DNA of 45,827 bases from contig VERN01000001.1 in NCBI GenBank assembly GCA_018882635.1, forward strand, positions 1-45,827, read 5' to 3'. This DNA comes from Beijerinckiaceae bacterium. Its GTDB lineage: Bacteria > Pseudomonadota > Alphaproteobacteria > Rhizobiales > Beijerinckiaceae. Of the stretch, positions 30,251 through 40,785 are shown in pieces. The first letter of the stretch is position 1. Every line of letters begins with the position of its first letter. The notes beneath the pieces are model-generated. The model worked only from the letters and a program-made list of their open reading frames with translations. It was not told the DNA's origin and searched no databases. The position numbers were made by a program, and so were the translations under genes.

Positions 30251-31468
30251 ATGGTTTTGCGTTCCTTCCTTCTGTGCCTTTCCCTTACCGCGCCGCTGAC
30301 CGTCCCTGCGCTGATCGCGCCGGCGATGGCCAAACCTGCCGCCAGCAAGGTGGAGGCCGCCGGGTTCAAATCATGGGTTGAGGGGACACTCTGGCCTGCC
30401 GCCAAGGCGAAGGGGATTAGCCGCGCCACGTTCGACGCGGCTATGGATGGGCTGACACCCGACCCCGCCATTATTGCGCTGACCAAGAAGCAATCGGAAT
30501 TCGTGAAACCGGTCTGGTCCTATCTCGACAGTTCGGTAAGCGCAGGCCGCGTCGCACAGGGTGAAGCGCGTGCGCGCGATTATGCCAGCCTGCTTGATCG
30601 GATCACGCAGAAGACGGGCGTCGACCCTTATGTCGTCATCGCAATCTGGGGCATCGAAACGAATTTTGGTACGGCCGCTGGAAGCAAGGATATTTTCCGC
30701 TCGCTGGCCACACTCGCTTATGAACGCTATCGCGGCGAGTTCTTCCGCGATGAATTGATCGAGGCGATGGCTATTCTACAGCAAGGCCATGTTAGCCGCA
30801 GCGCGATGAAAGGCTCGTGGGCGGGGGCCATGGGGCACACACAATTCATGCCCTCCACTTTCCGGCAATATGCCGTCGATGGAAATGGCGATGGCAAACG
30901 TGACATCTGGAACGATCCGGTCGATGCGCTGGCATCGACGGCGCATTATCTGAAAGAAAAAGGATGGGTGCGTGATCTGCCTTGGGGTTATGAAGTCACA
31001 TTACCCGCCAATTTCGATTATCGGATGCGGCGCGGCACGTTTAACCAATTCAGCGGACGCGGCGTGCGGCGCACCGATGGTGAACCGCTCTCAGGCAATG
31101 GTGAAGTAAGCCTCTTCATGCCGGCGGGCGCACAAGGGCCAGCGTTTCTCATCACAGCCAATTACGCGGCCATCAAAGCCTATAATGCATCGGACGCGTA
31201 TGCCTTGGCTGTCGCTCATCTCGCTGATCGGATCGCTGGAGGATCGTCCATCCAAGGCCAGTGGCCGCGGAACGAGAAACCGCTTGGCTTGAAAGAGCGC
31301 ATGGCCATCCAGAAAAAACTAAAATCGCTTGGGTATGACGTTGGCGAACCAGATGGTCGCTTCGGCTCAAAAACGCGTGAGGCATTGATCGCGTTTCAGG
31401 AAAAATCTGGCCTTTTGCCAGATGGATATCCGAATATGCAGACCGTGACAAAATTGTTAGCGCGTTGA
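30251..31468 (+). CDS. Lytic murein transglycosylase (MltB family) with C-terminal peptidoglycan-binding domain
   Basis: AIWGIETNFG, GSWAGAMGHTQFMPS, EF-hand VDGNGDGKRD, YNASDAYAL, DGRFGSKTREA. Confidence 0.93.
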   Translation: MVLRSFLLCLSLTAPLTVPALIAPAMAKPAASKVEAAGFKSWVEGTLWPAAKAKGISRATFDAAMDGLTPDPAIIALTKKQSEFVKPVWSYLDSSVSAGRVAQGEARARDYASLLDRITQKTGVDPYVVIAIWGIETNFGTAAGSKDIFRSLATLAYERYRGEFFRDELIEAMAILQQGHVSRSAMKGSWAGAMGHTQFMPSTFRQYAVDGNGDGKRDIWNDPVDALASTAHYLKEKGWVRDLPWGYEVTLPANFDYRMRRGTFNQFSGRGVRRTDGEPLSGNGEVSLFMPAGAQGPAFLITANYAAIKAYNASDAYALAVAHLADRIAGGSSIQGQWPRNEKPLGLKERMAIQKKLKSLGYDVGEPDGRFGSKTREALIAFQEKSGLLPDGYPNMQTVTKLLAR

Positions 31469-31577
31469 ATTTTACTACGTACTAGCGCCTAAATTGCATT
31501 GCTTTTTAATGATTAATTTATTGCTCTCTTTTTCAGGAGTGCTAGATTTTTATCGCTTATAAAAAGGAGATTTTATC

Positions 31578-32309
31578 ATGCTGGTTGATAGTTCAATGAA
31601 TCGTTCTCTGCCGAGAAATGGCAGGAACAACCCCGATCCCATCATTGGTACAATTGGAAACGACCAAATTTTTGGTTTTTCGACTAATGATATGCTCTTC
31701 GGCGATAGAGGCGATGACCGTCTTTATGGAATGGCAGGCGATGATTTTCTCGATGGCGGAGATGGCAACGATAGCCTTCAAAGTGGAGCCGGAAACGACA
31801 CGCTACAGGGCGGAAATGGCGACGATATCCTAAAAGGCGATGATGGTAATGATCGTCTCTATGAAAATGCAGGCAATAATCAATTATGGGGCTACGAAGG
31901 TCACGACGCGTTTATCCTGACGGGCGGCAATAATGTTGCGTCAGGCGGGAATGGTAACGATAGTTTTTCCGTTGGCGGTCGACAGAATTCAACCCTCGCC
32001 GGTGGAGTTGGATTTGATCGTTATGTTTTTGGACAAATTATTGATGGCAACGCAAAGCCCTCGGCCTTGCCAACAGGTCGAATCTTAATTCGTGAAATAT
32101 TCAATACAAAATATTGGGGAACCATTGATCTCTCCTCTTTGAATATCGGCTCTTATGCCGGAGCAAACAAACTGACGATGAGCCAAGTAGGAAGCGATGT
32201 CCTGCTTTCAGTGCAGTATGCATCGCCATCGGACAAATTAGATATTACGATTGAGAATGCGTCTTTGAACAACGTCAGAAACAATCTCATATCGGCTGAC
32301 AGACATTAA
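31578..32309 (+). CDS. Small RTX (hemolysin-type calcium-binding repeat) protein
   Basis: Tandem GGxGxDxLx nonapeptides ([45 protein letters not shown]...); AAGGAG Shine-Dalgarno; AT-richer than its neighbours. Confidence 0.85.
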   Translation: MLVDSSMNRSLPRNGRNNPDPIIGTIGNDQIFGFSTNDMLFGDRGDDRLYGMAGDDFLDGGDGNDSLQSGAGNDTLQGGNGDDILKGDDGNDRLYENAGNNQLWGYEGHDAFILTGGNNVASGGNGNDSFSVGGRQNSTLAGGVGFDRYVFGQIIDGNAKPSALPTGRILIREIFNTKYWGTIDLSSLNIGSYAGANKLTMSQVGSDVLLSVQYASPSDKLDITIENASLNNVRNNLISADRH

Positions 32310-32338
32310 AAAAAGGCGGCCGAAACCGCCTTTTCTTT
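32308..32338. terminator. Bidirectional terminator between the RTX gene and gltD
   Basis: AAAAAAAGGCGG-CCGAAA-CCGCCTTTTCTTT. Confidence 0.85.
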
Positions 32339-32355
32339 ATTCATGATTGACGCCA

Positions 32356-33774
32356 TCAACGCGGCAGCGTCGTCGTTCCCATCAGATCGAGATCGACGGC
32401 GCGGGCTGCTTGGCGCCCTTCGCGGATGGCCCAAACAACAAGCGATTGACCGCGGCGCATATCGCCTGTGGCGTAAACCTTATCGACGCTCGTCTTGTAG
32501 TGCAGCGTGTCAGCTTTAACATTGCCACGCGGATCGAGCGCTGCGCCGAGCTCCTGCACCATGCCCTCATGCAAGGGTGCGACGAAACCCATGGCCAACA
32601 GAACGAGATCAGCCTGTATCGAGAATTCAGTGCCGGGAATGGGCTGGAATTTTTCATCAACGCGGACGCAATTCAGAGCCTTTACCGCACCATCCTCACC
32701 TTCAAACGAGACGGTGTTGACGGCAAAATCACGCTCAGCACCTTCTTCCTGCGACGACGAGGTGCGCAGCTTCATCGGCCAGTTTGGCCAAGTCAGAAGC
32801 TTGTTTTCCTTTTTCGGCGGCTCCGGCATGATTTCAATCTGAGTGACCGACAAGGCACCCTGACGGATGGATGTGCCGATGCAATCTGATCCGGTATCAC
32901 CGCCACCAATCACCACGACATGCTTGCCATTGGCAAGAATGGGCGCATTCGATTTCACCGGCTCATGCGAGACGCGGCGGTTCTGCTGCGGCAGAAAATC
33001 CATCGCGAAATGAATGCCTGCGAGATCGCGCCCGGGCACCGGAATGTCACGCGGCTTCTCAGCGCCGCCTGCCATCACCACGGCGTCATAGCTCGCCTGC
33101 AAATCCTTGATCGAGCGATCAATACCGACATTAACGTTGTAATGGAACACAACGCCTTCGGCTTCCATCTGCTTCACGCGGCGATCGATGAGATGCTTTT
33201 CAAGTTTGAAGTCCGGAATGCCATAGCGCAGCAAACCGCCTGCCTTGGCGTGCTTTTCATAGACATGCACTTCATGTCCGGCACGCGCGAGCTGTTGGGC
33301 CGCGGCCAAACCGGCGGGGCCGGAGCCGATGACGGCAACGCGCTTGCCCGTCAATGTCTTCGCTGGTTCTGGAACGATCCAACCTTCTTTCCAGCCGCGG
33401 TCAACAATCGCGCATTCGATCGTCTTGATGGTGACCGGGGCATCTTGAAGATTGAGCGTGCACGAGGCTTCACACGGCGCAGGGCAAATGCGGCCCGTGA
33501 ATTCCGGGAAATTATTCGTCGAATGGAGATTGCGCAGCGCGTTGTGCCAATCACCATGATAGACGAGATCATTCCAATCCGGGATCTGGTTATTCACCGG
33601 GCAGCCATTGTGGCAGTACGGAATGCCGCAATTCATGCAACGGGCCGCCTGATCCTTGGTCGCCTCTTCCGAGAGCGGGATCACGAATTCCTTGAAATTG
33701 CGAATGCGGTCCGCGGCGGGATTATATCCACGATCGCGGCGTTCGATTTCGAGAAAGCCTGTTACCTTGCCCAT
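32356..33774 (-). CDS. gltD: Glutamate synthase small subunit
   Basis: [17 protein letters not shown]...[40 protein letters not shown]. Confidence 0.98.
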   Translation of the reverse strand: MGKVTGFLEIERRDRGYNPAADRIRNFKEFVIPLSEEATKDQAARCMNCGIPYCHNGCPVNNQIPDWNDLVYHGDWHNALRNLHSTNNFPEFTGRICPAPCEASCTLNLQDAPVTIKTIECAIVDRGWKEGWIVPEPAKTLTGKRVAVIGSGPAGLAAAQQLARAGHEVHVYEKHAKAGGLLRYGIPDFKLEKHLIDRRVKQMEAEGVVFHYNVNVGIDRSIKDLQASYDAVVMAGGAEKPRDIPVPGRDLAGIHFAMDFLPQQNRRVSHEPVKSNAPILANGKHVVVIGGGDTGSDCIGTSIRQGALSVTQIEIMPEPPKKENKLLTWPNWPMKLRTSSSQEEGAERDFAVNTVSFEGEDGAVKALNCVRVDEKFQPIPGTEFSIQADLVLLAMGFVAPLHEGMVQELGAALDPRGNVKADTLHYKTSVDKVYATGDMRRGQSLVVWAIREGRQAARAVDLDLMGTTTLPR

Positions 33775-33777
33775 CGA

Positions 33778-36700
33778 TCAAGCTCCCGCAACGGCCACAG
33801 GCCGCTTTTCGTTTTCTGTCATCAATTCCTCAAGTGCGCGGCGATATTCAACCGGCATCACTTTGCGGAATTTCGGCAGATAATGTGACCAATTATCGAG
33901 GATTTCGCGCGCCCGCGACGATCCCGTATATTTCAGATGGTTGATGATCAGCATGCGTAGACGTGCTGCATCATTGCGCGTGAGATCGCGCATGATTTCG
34001 ACACGGCCATGCGCGACGAGATCACCGGTCTGATGGTTGAGCTTTTCGTTGGCGTTTTCTTCCGCCAGCACAGGCTCAAGTTCCACCATGGCGAGGTTGC
34101 AACGCTGGTCGAAATCGCCTTCCTCGTCGAGGACATAAGCAATACCGCCCGACATGCCAGCCGCGAAATTGCGCCCCGTCTTACCGATGACGGCCACGAC
34201 GCCGCCGGTCATGTATTCGCAGCCATGATCGCCCGTGCCTTCGACAACGGCGATTGCGCCCGAGTTACGGACGGCGAAGCGCTCGCCTGCGACGCCGCGG
34301 AAATAGCACTCGCCGAGGATCGCGCCGTAGAGAACGGTGTTGCCGACGATGATCGATTCTTCCGGCACGATCTTGGTGGCTTCCTTCGGCGGATAAACAA
34401 TCAGGCGGCCGCCCGACAGACCCTTGCCGACATAATCATTCGCTTCGCCTTCAAGCTCGAGCGTGATGCCACGGGCCACCCACGCGCCGAAGCTTTGGCC
34501 GGCCGTGCCTTTGAGCTTCACATGGATCGTATCGTCCGGCAGGCCCTTATGGCCGTAACGCTTGGCCACTTCGCCCGAGAGCATCGCGCCTGTGGTGCGG
34601 TTGAGGCTCTTGATCGGCGATTGGATCTGCACCGGCGTGCCAGTTTCAATCGCTGTCTTCGCCTTTTCAATCAGCGTGCGATCCAACACGGCGCCGAGAT
34701 TGTGATCCTGCTCCATCGAATGGAAGATATCAGTCTGCTTGGCAGCCCGCGGCTTGTGGAACAGCTTCGTGAAATCGAGGCCCTTCGCCTTCCAATGGCC
34801 AATCGCCTTTTCGCGATCGAGCATCTGCATCTGGCCGATCATTTCATTCATCGTGCGATAGCCGAGGCGCGCCATTTCTTCCCGCACTTCTTCGGCGACG
34901 AAGAAGAAGAAATTGATGACGTGTTCGGGCTGACCGACGAAGCGCTTGCGCAACACAGGATCTTGCGTCGCGATGCCGACCGGGCAGGTGTTGAGATGGC
35001 ATTTGCGCATCATCACGCAGCCAGCGGCAATTAACGGCGCGGTTGCAAAGCCAAATTCATCCGCGCCCAACAAGGCGCCGATAATCACGTCACGGCCGGT
35101 GCGCAATCCGCCATCGACCTGCACGGCGATGCGCGAACGCAGGCCGTTGAGAACGAGCGTCTGATGGGTTTCGGCAAGACCGATTTCCCATGGGCTGCCC
35201 GCATGCTTGATGGAGGTGAGTGGCGACGCGCCCGTGCCGCCTTCAAAACCAGAAATGGTGACGTGATCAGCACGCGCCTTCGAGACACCGGCTGCAACCG
35301 TGCCAACACCAATTTCAGAGACAAGCTTCACCGAGACTTGCGCCGTCGGATTGACGTTTTTGAGGTCGTAAATCAGCTGGGCGAGATCTTCGATGGAATA
35401 GATGTCGTGATGCGGCGGCGGAGAAATCAGGCCCACACCCGGTGTGGAATGGCGCACCTTCGCGATGACGGCATCGACCTTATGGCCCGGCAGCTGGCCG
35501 CCTTCGCCGGGCTTTGCGCCCTGCGCCATCTTGATCTGCATCATATCGGAATTGACGAGATATTCCGTCGTCACACCGAAACGGCCGGAAGCCACCTGCT
35601 TGATGGCCGAGCGCATCGAATCGCCGTTCTTCATCGGCTTGAAACGATCAGCCTCTTCGCCACCTTCGCCGGTGTTCGATTTGCCGCCAATGCGGTTCAT
35701 CGCGACAGCAAGCGTGGTGTGCGCTTCACGCGAGATCGAACCGAACGACATCGCGCCTGTTGCGAAGCGCTTCACGATTTCCGACGCCGGTTCAACTTCA
35801 GACAAGGGCACCGGCTTACGGCCGTCTTCTTCTGCACTCTTGATGCGGAAGAGGCCACGAATGGTCAAAAGGCGCTCATTCTGCTCATTCAAGAGCTTGG
35901 CGTAATCGCGATATTTATCCTGCGCATTGCCACGCACAGCATGCTGGAGAAGCGATACGGATTCTGGTGACCATGCATGCGCCTCACCACGAATGCGGTA
36001 GGCATATTCGCCGCCGACATCGAGTGCGGAGCGATAAACCGGCGACGTGCCGAATGCATCGCTATGGCGCGAAACGGTTTCCTGCGCGACTTCGGCAAGG
36101 CCCACACCACCGATGCGGGAATGCGTTCCGGCGAAATATTTCGCCACGAAATCATCGGCGAGACCCACCGCGTCGAAAATCTGCGCGCCGCAATAGGATT
36201 GATAGGTCGAGATGCCCATCTTGGACATGACCTTAAGGATGCCCTTGCCGACCGACTTGATGAAGCGCTTCTGCGCCTCATACGCATCGATTGATTCAGG
36301 GAAATCCTTCGCCATCGCTGCAAGCGATTCAAAAGCGAGATAGGGATTGATCGCTTCTGCGCCATAGCCAGCCAGGCAGCAGAAATGATGCACTTCACGC
36401 GCTTCGCCGGTTTCAACAACGAGGCCCACAGATGTGCGCAGCCCCTTGCGGATCAGATGATGATGCACGGCTGCGGTTGCCAGCAAGGCCGGGATCGGAA
36501 TGCGATCAGAGCCCACCATGCGATCGGACAGCACGATGATGTTGTAGCGACCCTTCACGGCCGCTTCAGCACGCTCGCACAAACGATCAAGCGCGTCGGC
36601 CATGCCGGCTTCGCCCTGTTCGGCGGGGTAGGTAATATCAAGCGTCTTGGTGTCGAAGGAATCTTCGAAATGGCCAATGCAGCGGATCTTTTCGAGATCG

Positions 36701-38505
36701 ACATTGGTCAAGATCGGCTGACGCACTTCAAGGCGCTTGCGGCGCGAATTGCCATCGCGATCGAAGATGTTCGGGCGCGGTCCGATGAAGGACACGAGCG
36801 ACATCACAAGTTCTTCGCGGATCGGATCGATTGGCGGGTTCGTAACCTGCGCGAAGTTCTGCTTGAAATAAGTATAAAGCAGCTTCGACTTGTCCGACAT
36901 GGCCGAGATCGGCGTGTCAGTACCCATCGAACCTGTCGCCTCTTGTCCCGTCGTTGCCATCGGCTCAAGCAAGATCGCCAAATCTTCTTGCGTGTAGCCA
37001 AAGGCTTGCTGACGATCGAGCAGCGACACATCGGTGCGCGCAGCGCGCGGTTCCACCGGGCGCAGATCTTCCAAAACGATCTGCGTGCGGTTCAGCCATT
37101 CCTGATAGGGATGGGCGTGCGAGAGGCTTTCCTTGATCTCTTCGTCAGAAACGATGCGACCTTGTTCGAGATCAACGAGCAGCATTTTGCCAGGCTGCAA
37201 ACGCCATTTCTTGACGATCTTTTCTTCCGGCGTCGGCAATACGCCCATTTCGGACGCCATCACGACGAGGCCATCATCGGTCACGAAATAGCGCGCCGGG
37301 CGCAGGCCGTTACGATCAAGCGTGGCACCAATCTGGCGACCATCGGTGAAAGCGACGGCAGCCGGACCATCCCATGGCTCCATCAAAGCGGCATTATATT
37401 CGTAGAAAGCGCGTCGCTCTTCATCCATCAAAGGATTGCCGGCCCATGCTTCGGGGATCAGCATCATCATCGCATGCGCGAGCGAATAGCCGCCCTGCAC
37501 AAGGAATTCGAGCGCGTTGTCAAAGCATGCCGTGTCCGACTGGCCTTCGTAAGAAATGGGCCAGAGTTTCGAAATTTCAGTGCCGAACAATTCTGAATCG
37601 ACTGACGCTTGACGTGCCGCCATCCAATTGACGTTGCCGCGCAGCGTGTTGATTTCGCCATTATGCGCGACCATGCGGTAAGGATGGGCGAGCGACCATG
37701 TCGGGAAGGTGTTGGTCGAAAAGCGTTGATGCACAAGGGCAACAGCGCTCTCGAACCGCGGATCGTTCAGATCGGCAAAATAATCGCCAAGCTGGGTGGC
37801 GAGCAGCATGCCCTTATAGACGAGCGTGCGATGCGACAGGGAGACGGGATAGAAACCCTTCGTCCGCTTGTCGTTCATATCGTAGATCGTGTTCGAGATC
37901 ACCTTGCGCAGGATGAAGAGGCGACGCTCGAAATCATCGCCAGCCGGTGTCGATGCACCGCGGCCGATGAACACTTGTACAATGCCTGGCTCGGTTGGCT
38001 TGACGCTTTCACCAAGACCAGAGGAATCGACCGGGACATCGCGCCAGCCAAGGAAGATTTGACCTTCTTCAGCGATCACTTTTTCAACGATCTGGCGGCA
38101 GAGCGCATTGCCATCCTTGTCGCGTGGCAGAAACAGCATGCCGACGGCGTATTCACCCGGCTGCGGCAAGGTGAAGCCGAGCTTGGCGGTTTCTTCCGCT
38201 AGGAATTTGTGCGGGATCTGCACAAGCATGCCGCAGCCATCGCCCGCCTTCGGATCAGCACCGACGGCACCGCGGTGATCGAGGTTGAGCAGAATGTTCA
38301 GGCCCATCTCGACAATGGCGTGCGATTTGCGGTTCTTCATATCGGCGACAAAGCCGACACCGCAGGAATCTTTTTCGAGAGCAGGATTATAAAGCCCCTG
38401 CGTTTCGGGCAGGGCCGGGTCTGTCACGACAAGCGTGCGTTTCGTGGCTGCGTCCGCCGCAATGGCGTTCAACCCAGCCTCAAATCCTTCATTCACGCTC
38501 GTCAT
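33778..38505 (-). CDS. gltB: Glutamate synthase large subunit
   Basis: DSCGVGF Ntn cysteine, [47 protein letters not shown]; GGAG Shine-Dalgarno before the ATG at 38505. Confidence 0.98.
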   Translation of the reverse strand: MTSVNEGFEAGLNAIAADAATKRTLVVTDPALPETQGLYNPALEKDSCGVGFVADMKNRKSHAIVEMGLNILLNLDHRGAVGADPKAGDGCGMLVQIPHKFLAEETAKLGFTLPQPGEYAVGMLFLPRDKDGNALCRQIVEKVIAEEGQIFLGWRDVPVDSSGLGESVKPTEPGIVQVFIGRGASTPAGDDFERRLFILRKVISNTIYDMNDKRTKGFYPVSLSHRTLVYKGMLLATQLGDYFADLNDPRFESAVALVHQRFSTNTFPTWSLAHPYRMVAHNGEINTLRGNVNWMAARQASVDSELFGTEISKLWPISYEGQSDTACFDNALEFLVQGGYSLAHAMMMLIPEAWAGNPLMDEERRAFYEYNAALMEPWDGPAAVAFTDGRQIGATLDRNGLRPARYFVTDDGLVVMASEMGVLPTPEEKIVKKWRLQPGKMLLVDLEQGRIVSDEEIKESLSHAHPYQEWLNRTQIVLEDLRPVEPRAARTDVSLLDRQQAFGYTQEDLAILLEPMATTGQEATGSMGTDTPISAMSDKSKLLYTYFKQNFAQVTNPPIDPIREELVMSLVSFIGPRPNIFDRDGNSRRKRLEVRQPILTNVDLEKIRCIGHFEDSFDTKTLDITYPAEQGEAGMADALDRLCERAEAAVKGRYNIIVLSDRMVGSDRIPIPALLATAAVHHHLIRKGLRTSVGLVVETGEAREVHHFCCLAGYGAEAINPYLAFESLAAMAKDFPESIDAYEAQKRFIKSVGKGILKVMSKMGISTYQSYCGAQIFDAVGLADDFVAKYFAGTHSRIGGVGLAEVAQETVSRHSDAFGTSPVYRSALDVGGEYAYRIRGEAHAWSPESVSLLQHAVRGNAQDKYRDYAKLLNEQNERLLTIRGLFRIKSAEEDGRKPVPLSEVEPASEIVKRFATGAMSFGSISREAHTTLAVAMNRIGGKSNTGEGGEEADRFKPMKNGDSMRSAIKQVASGRFGVTTEYLVNSDMMQIKMAQGAKPGEGGQLPGHKVDAVIAKVRHSTPGVGLISPPPHHDIYSIEDLAQLIYDLKNVNPTAQVSVKLVSEIGVGTVAAGVSKARADHVTISGFEGGTGASPLTSIKHAGSPWEIGLAETHQTLVLNGLRSRIAVQVDGGLRTGRDVIIGALLGADEFGFATAPLIAAGCVMMRKCHLNTCPVGIATQDPVLRKRFVGQPEHVINFFFFVAEEVREEMARLGYRTMNEMIGQMQMLDREKAIGHWKAKGLDFTKLFHKPRAAKQTDIFHSMEQDHNLGAVLDRTLIEKAKTAIETGTPVQIQSPIKSLNRTTGAMLSGEVAKRYGHKGLPDDTIHVKLKGTAGQSFGAWVARGITLELEGEANDYVGKGLSGGRLIVYPPKEATKIVPEESIIVGNTVLYGAILGECYFRGVAGERFAVRNSGAIAVVEGTGDHGCEYMTGGVVAVIGKTGRNFAAGMSGGIAYVLDEEGDFDQRCNLAMVELEPVLAEENANEKLNHQTGDLVAHGRVEIMRDLTRNDAARLRMLIINHLKYTGSSRAREILDNWSHYLPKFRKVMPVEYRRALEELMTENEKRPVAVAGA

Positions 38506-38777
38506 TGTCTCGCTCCGGTTCGTCTCCCGGCTATAGGCCGGGCGCCATCCTGAATGCACGAACGGGGCCAGAGTTTGGATCTAAAAACGGACGCGCCCCG
38601 CTTTGCGCCCGCCTTCGCTGCGGGCGTCTCCGGGAACCGGGCCGCCCGTCAGTCTCGCGGTTTACGGGCGGCGCGCACGACAAAGCGCGAGGCCCGTGCC
38701 CCGGTCGTTTTGCGCGTTTTCGACGTCTCGCCCAGCATTTCCACGATCCACCTCAACGGACCTTCGGCCCGCCGGAT

Positions 38778-38837
38778 TGGGACAGCAACCCTGTCCTATC
38801 TGCCGCGACCATGGCAGATTTCTTTTTTCTACACAAG
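38778..38837 (-). promoter_or_regulatory. Putative gltB promoter with two adjacent inverted repeats
   Basis: Minus strand TTGTGT, 17 nt, CATGGT; palindromes ATCTGCC-N8-GGCAGAT (38798-38819) and GGACAG-N5-CTGTCC (38780-38796). Confidence 0.5.
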
Positions 38838-39040
38838 CGGGGGTTGGCGAGAATCTCGACTCTTTTATCGCTTTCATTACCCAAAGCCGGAGTCTCAGGG
38901 TCATAAATGGAAAGTCCCCGCCGCCGAAACAACCATTCCGTTGCGCGAGACGGGGCCACACCAGAGCCGCTTGGCGGTTGCGCGGCTTTCATGCGAAGGA
39001 TTTCGCCCCCGGCGAGGCCCGGCGAGCAGGACTGAAAAGC

Positions 39041-40117
39041 ATGATCAATCTGGCAAGCGACAATGTTGTCGGGGCAAGCCGCCCCGTTCTCGAAACCCTC
39101 CTCAAGGCCAATGACGGCGCAGCCATGCCCTATGGCACTGACAGCTGGACGGCCGACGCCACCGCCATGTTGGCAAAGGTGTTTGAGCATGAGGTGCACA
39201 ATTTCATGGTCGCGACCGGAACCGGAGCCAATGCGCTGGCGCTCGCTGCTTTGACGCCGCCTTGGGGGGCCGTGTTCTGCCATGCCGAAAGCCATGTGAT
39301 GGATGATGAATGCGGCGCACCGGAAATGTTCACCGATGGCGCGAAGATCGTCGGCGTGCCGGGCGTGAATGGCAAAATGACACCCGCTGCAGTCGAAGCG
39401 CAGCTTGAGCGCTTTGCCAAGGGCGTCGTCAAATCCGTGCAGCCTGCCGCTCTGTCCATCTCCCAAGTGACGGAAGCCGGGACTGTTTACACGCTTGATG
39501 AAATTCGCGCGCTCGTGGCTGTCGCGAAAAAACATGGTCTGAAAACACATCTTGATGGCGCGCGCTTCACCAATGCGATGCTGGCATTGGGCTGCACCGC
39601 AGCGGAAATGACGTGGAAGATCGGGATTGATGTTGTCACGTTTGGTGCCAGCAAGAATGGCTGTCTGGCTTGTGAGGCGATTATCTTTTTTGATGCGGCG
39701 CTGGCAGAGAATTTTCAATATCGTCGTAAGCGGGGCGGGCACACCCTATCAAAGGGTCGCCTCCTCGGCGCCCAGATGGTCGGCTATCTCGAAAATGATC
39801 ATTGGATTGCGAATGCAAAACACGCCAATGCGATGGCCCAAACATTGGCGAGCGGCCTGAGAACAATTCCGGGCGCAAGGCTGCCTTGGCCGGTCGATGC
39901 AAATGAAGTCTTTGTCGTCGTGCCGCAAAGCGCCAAAAAAGCATTGGATGAGGCGCATATTCGTGCGGCCCCTTGGTCGAGCAATTGTGTGCCCGATGGC
40001 TTTACAATAGGCGCTGATGAAGCGTTTTTGCGTTTCGTGACAAGCTTTGCGACACAACCGAGCGAAATCGAGGCTGTTATTGCCACCTTGTCAGGCCGTC
40101 GCGCCGCTGCCGAATAA
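39041..40117 (+). CDS. Low-specificity L-threonine aldolase family protein
   Basis: MINLASDN, GTGANAL, DECGAPE, HLDGARF, FGASKNG (PLP lysine), SKGR; start set at 39041. Confidence 0.9.
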   Translation: MINLASDNVVGASRPVLETLLKANDGAAMPYGTDSWTADATAMLAKVFEHEVHNFMVATGTGANALALAALTPPWGAVFCHAESHVMDDECGAPEMFTDGAKIVGVPGVNGKMTPAAVEAQLERFAKGVVKSVQPAALSISQVTEAGTVYTLDEIRALVAVAKKHGLKTHLDGARFTNAMLALGCTAAEMTWKIGIDVVTFGASKNGCLACEAIIFFDAALAENFQYRRKRGGHTLSKGRLLGAQMVGYLENDHWIANAKHANAMAQTLASGLRTIPGARLPWPVDANEVFVVVPQSAKKALDEAHIRAAPWSSNCVPDGFTIGADEAFLRFVTSFATQPSEIEAVIATLSGRRAAAE

Positions 40118-40144
40118 ATCGAAATAATGCGCCCTGCGCATAGC

Positions 40145-40174
40145 AAAAAAGGCGCTCCTTGCGGAGCGCCTTTT
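40145..40174. terminator. Bidirectional terminator between the aldolase and small heat-shock genes
   Basis: AAAAAAGGCGCTCC-TTGC-GGAGCGCCTTTT. Confidence 0.88.
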
Positions 40175-40197
40175 CGGTTTCTGTTTGGAAGAAACGA

Positions 40198-40665
40198 TTA
40201 AGCGGCTTTTTGCTCGACCGATGTTTCGATCGTCTTAGCCGTTGTGGTCGTGATCGGAACGACACGCGGCTTCTTCGCTTCCGGAATTTCGCGATGCAGC
40301 TCGATGTGAAGCAAACCGTTTTCCAAGCGTGCGCCGGTCACGTGGACGTGATCAGCCATCTGGAAGCGGCGTTCAAATGCGCGCGCTGCAATACCTTGAT
40401 AAAGGTATTCGGGCTTTTCAGCTGTTTCTTCAGTTTTCTTTTCGCCACGAACGATGAGCGAATTTTCTTTCGATTCAATCGAAAGATCCTGATCGGTGAA
40501 ACCGGCTACCGCAATCGAAATGCGATAATCGTTCTCATCGAGACGCTCGATATTGTAGGGCGGGTAGGTGTTGGTCTGCGGATCGGCCAATTGATCGACC
40601 ATTTTGAACAAACGGTCGAAGCCGACAGTGTTGCGATACAACGGCGACAAATCAAAAGTGCGCAT
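40198..40665 (-). CDS. ibpA: Small heat-shock protein (Hsp20/IbpA family)
   Basis: MRTFDLSPLYRNTVGFDRL, YPPYNIE, AVAGF, YQGIAARAFERRF, LENGLLHIEL. Confidence 0.93.
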   Translation of the reverse strand: MRTFDLSPLYRNTVGFDRLFKMVDQLADPQTNTYPPYNIERLDENDYRISIAVAGFTDQDLSIESKENSLIVRGEKKTEETAEKPEYLYQGIAARAFERRFQMADHVHVTGARLENGLLHIELHREIPEAKKPRVVPITTTTAKTIETSVEQKAA

Positions 40666-40748
40666 GGCATATCCTCCTTTGAAGCGACATGCGGGCAGCC
40701 CGCCATCATGGCCGGGCCATCCTTGCACCGCCATCATGGCCGGTGCAT
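40666..40748 (-). promoter_or_regulatory. ROSE-type RNA thermometer in the ibpA 5' UTR
   Basis: RNA GCAUGUC-G-CUUC-AAA-GGAG-GAUAUGC (40692-40667): the UCGCU motif with a bulged G pairs with the GGAGGA Shine-Dalgarno; two hairpins lie upstream. Confidence 0.85.
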
Positions 40749-40753
40749 CGTCG

Positions 40754-40782
40754 AGATGGGTGTGGGCTAAAAAGGATTCAAG
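40754..40782 (-). promoter_or_regulatory. RpoH (sigma32) heat-shock promoter of ibpA
   Basis: Minus strand CTTGAA, 16 nt, CCCATCT. Confidence 0.85.
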
Positions 40783-40785
40783 AGG

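Noticed and set aside
32347-38553. Series of long plus-strand ORFs (up to 403 aa) antisense to gltD and gltB
   Set aside because: Codon-register shadows of strongly biased GC-rich genes; no recognisable motifs or ribosome-binding sites.
38603-39040. 146-aa N-terminal extension of the threonine aldolase, and other ORFs in the gltB intergenic region
   Set aside because: Low-complexity Arg/Pro-rich translation; the family N-terminus (xNxASDN) and an AGGA SD point to 39041.
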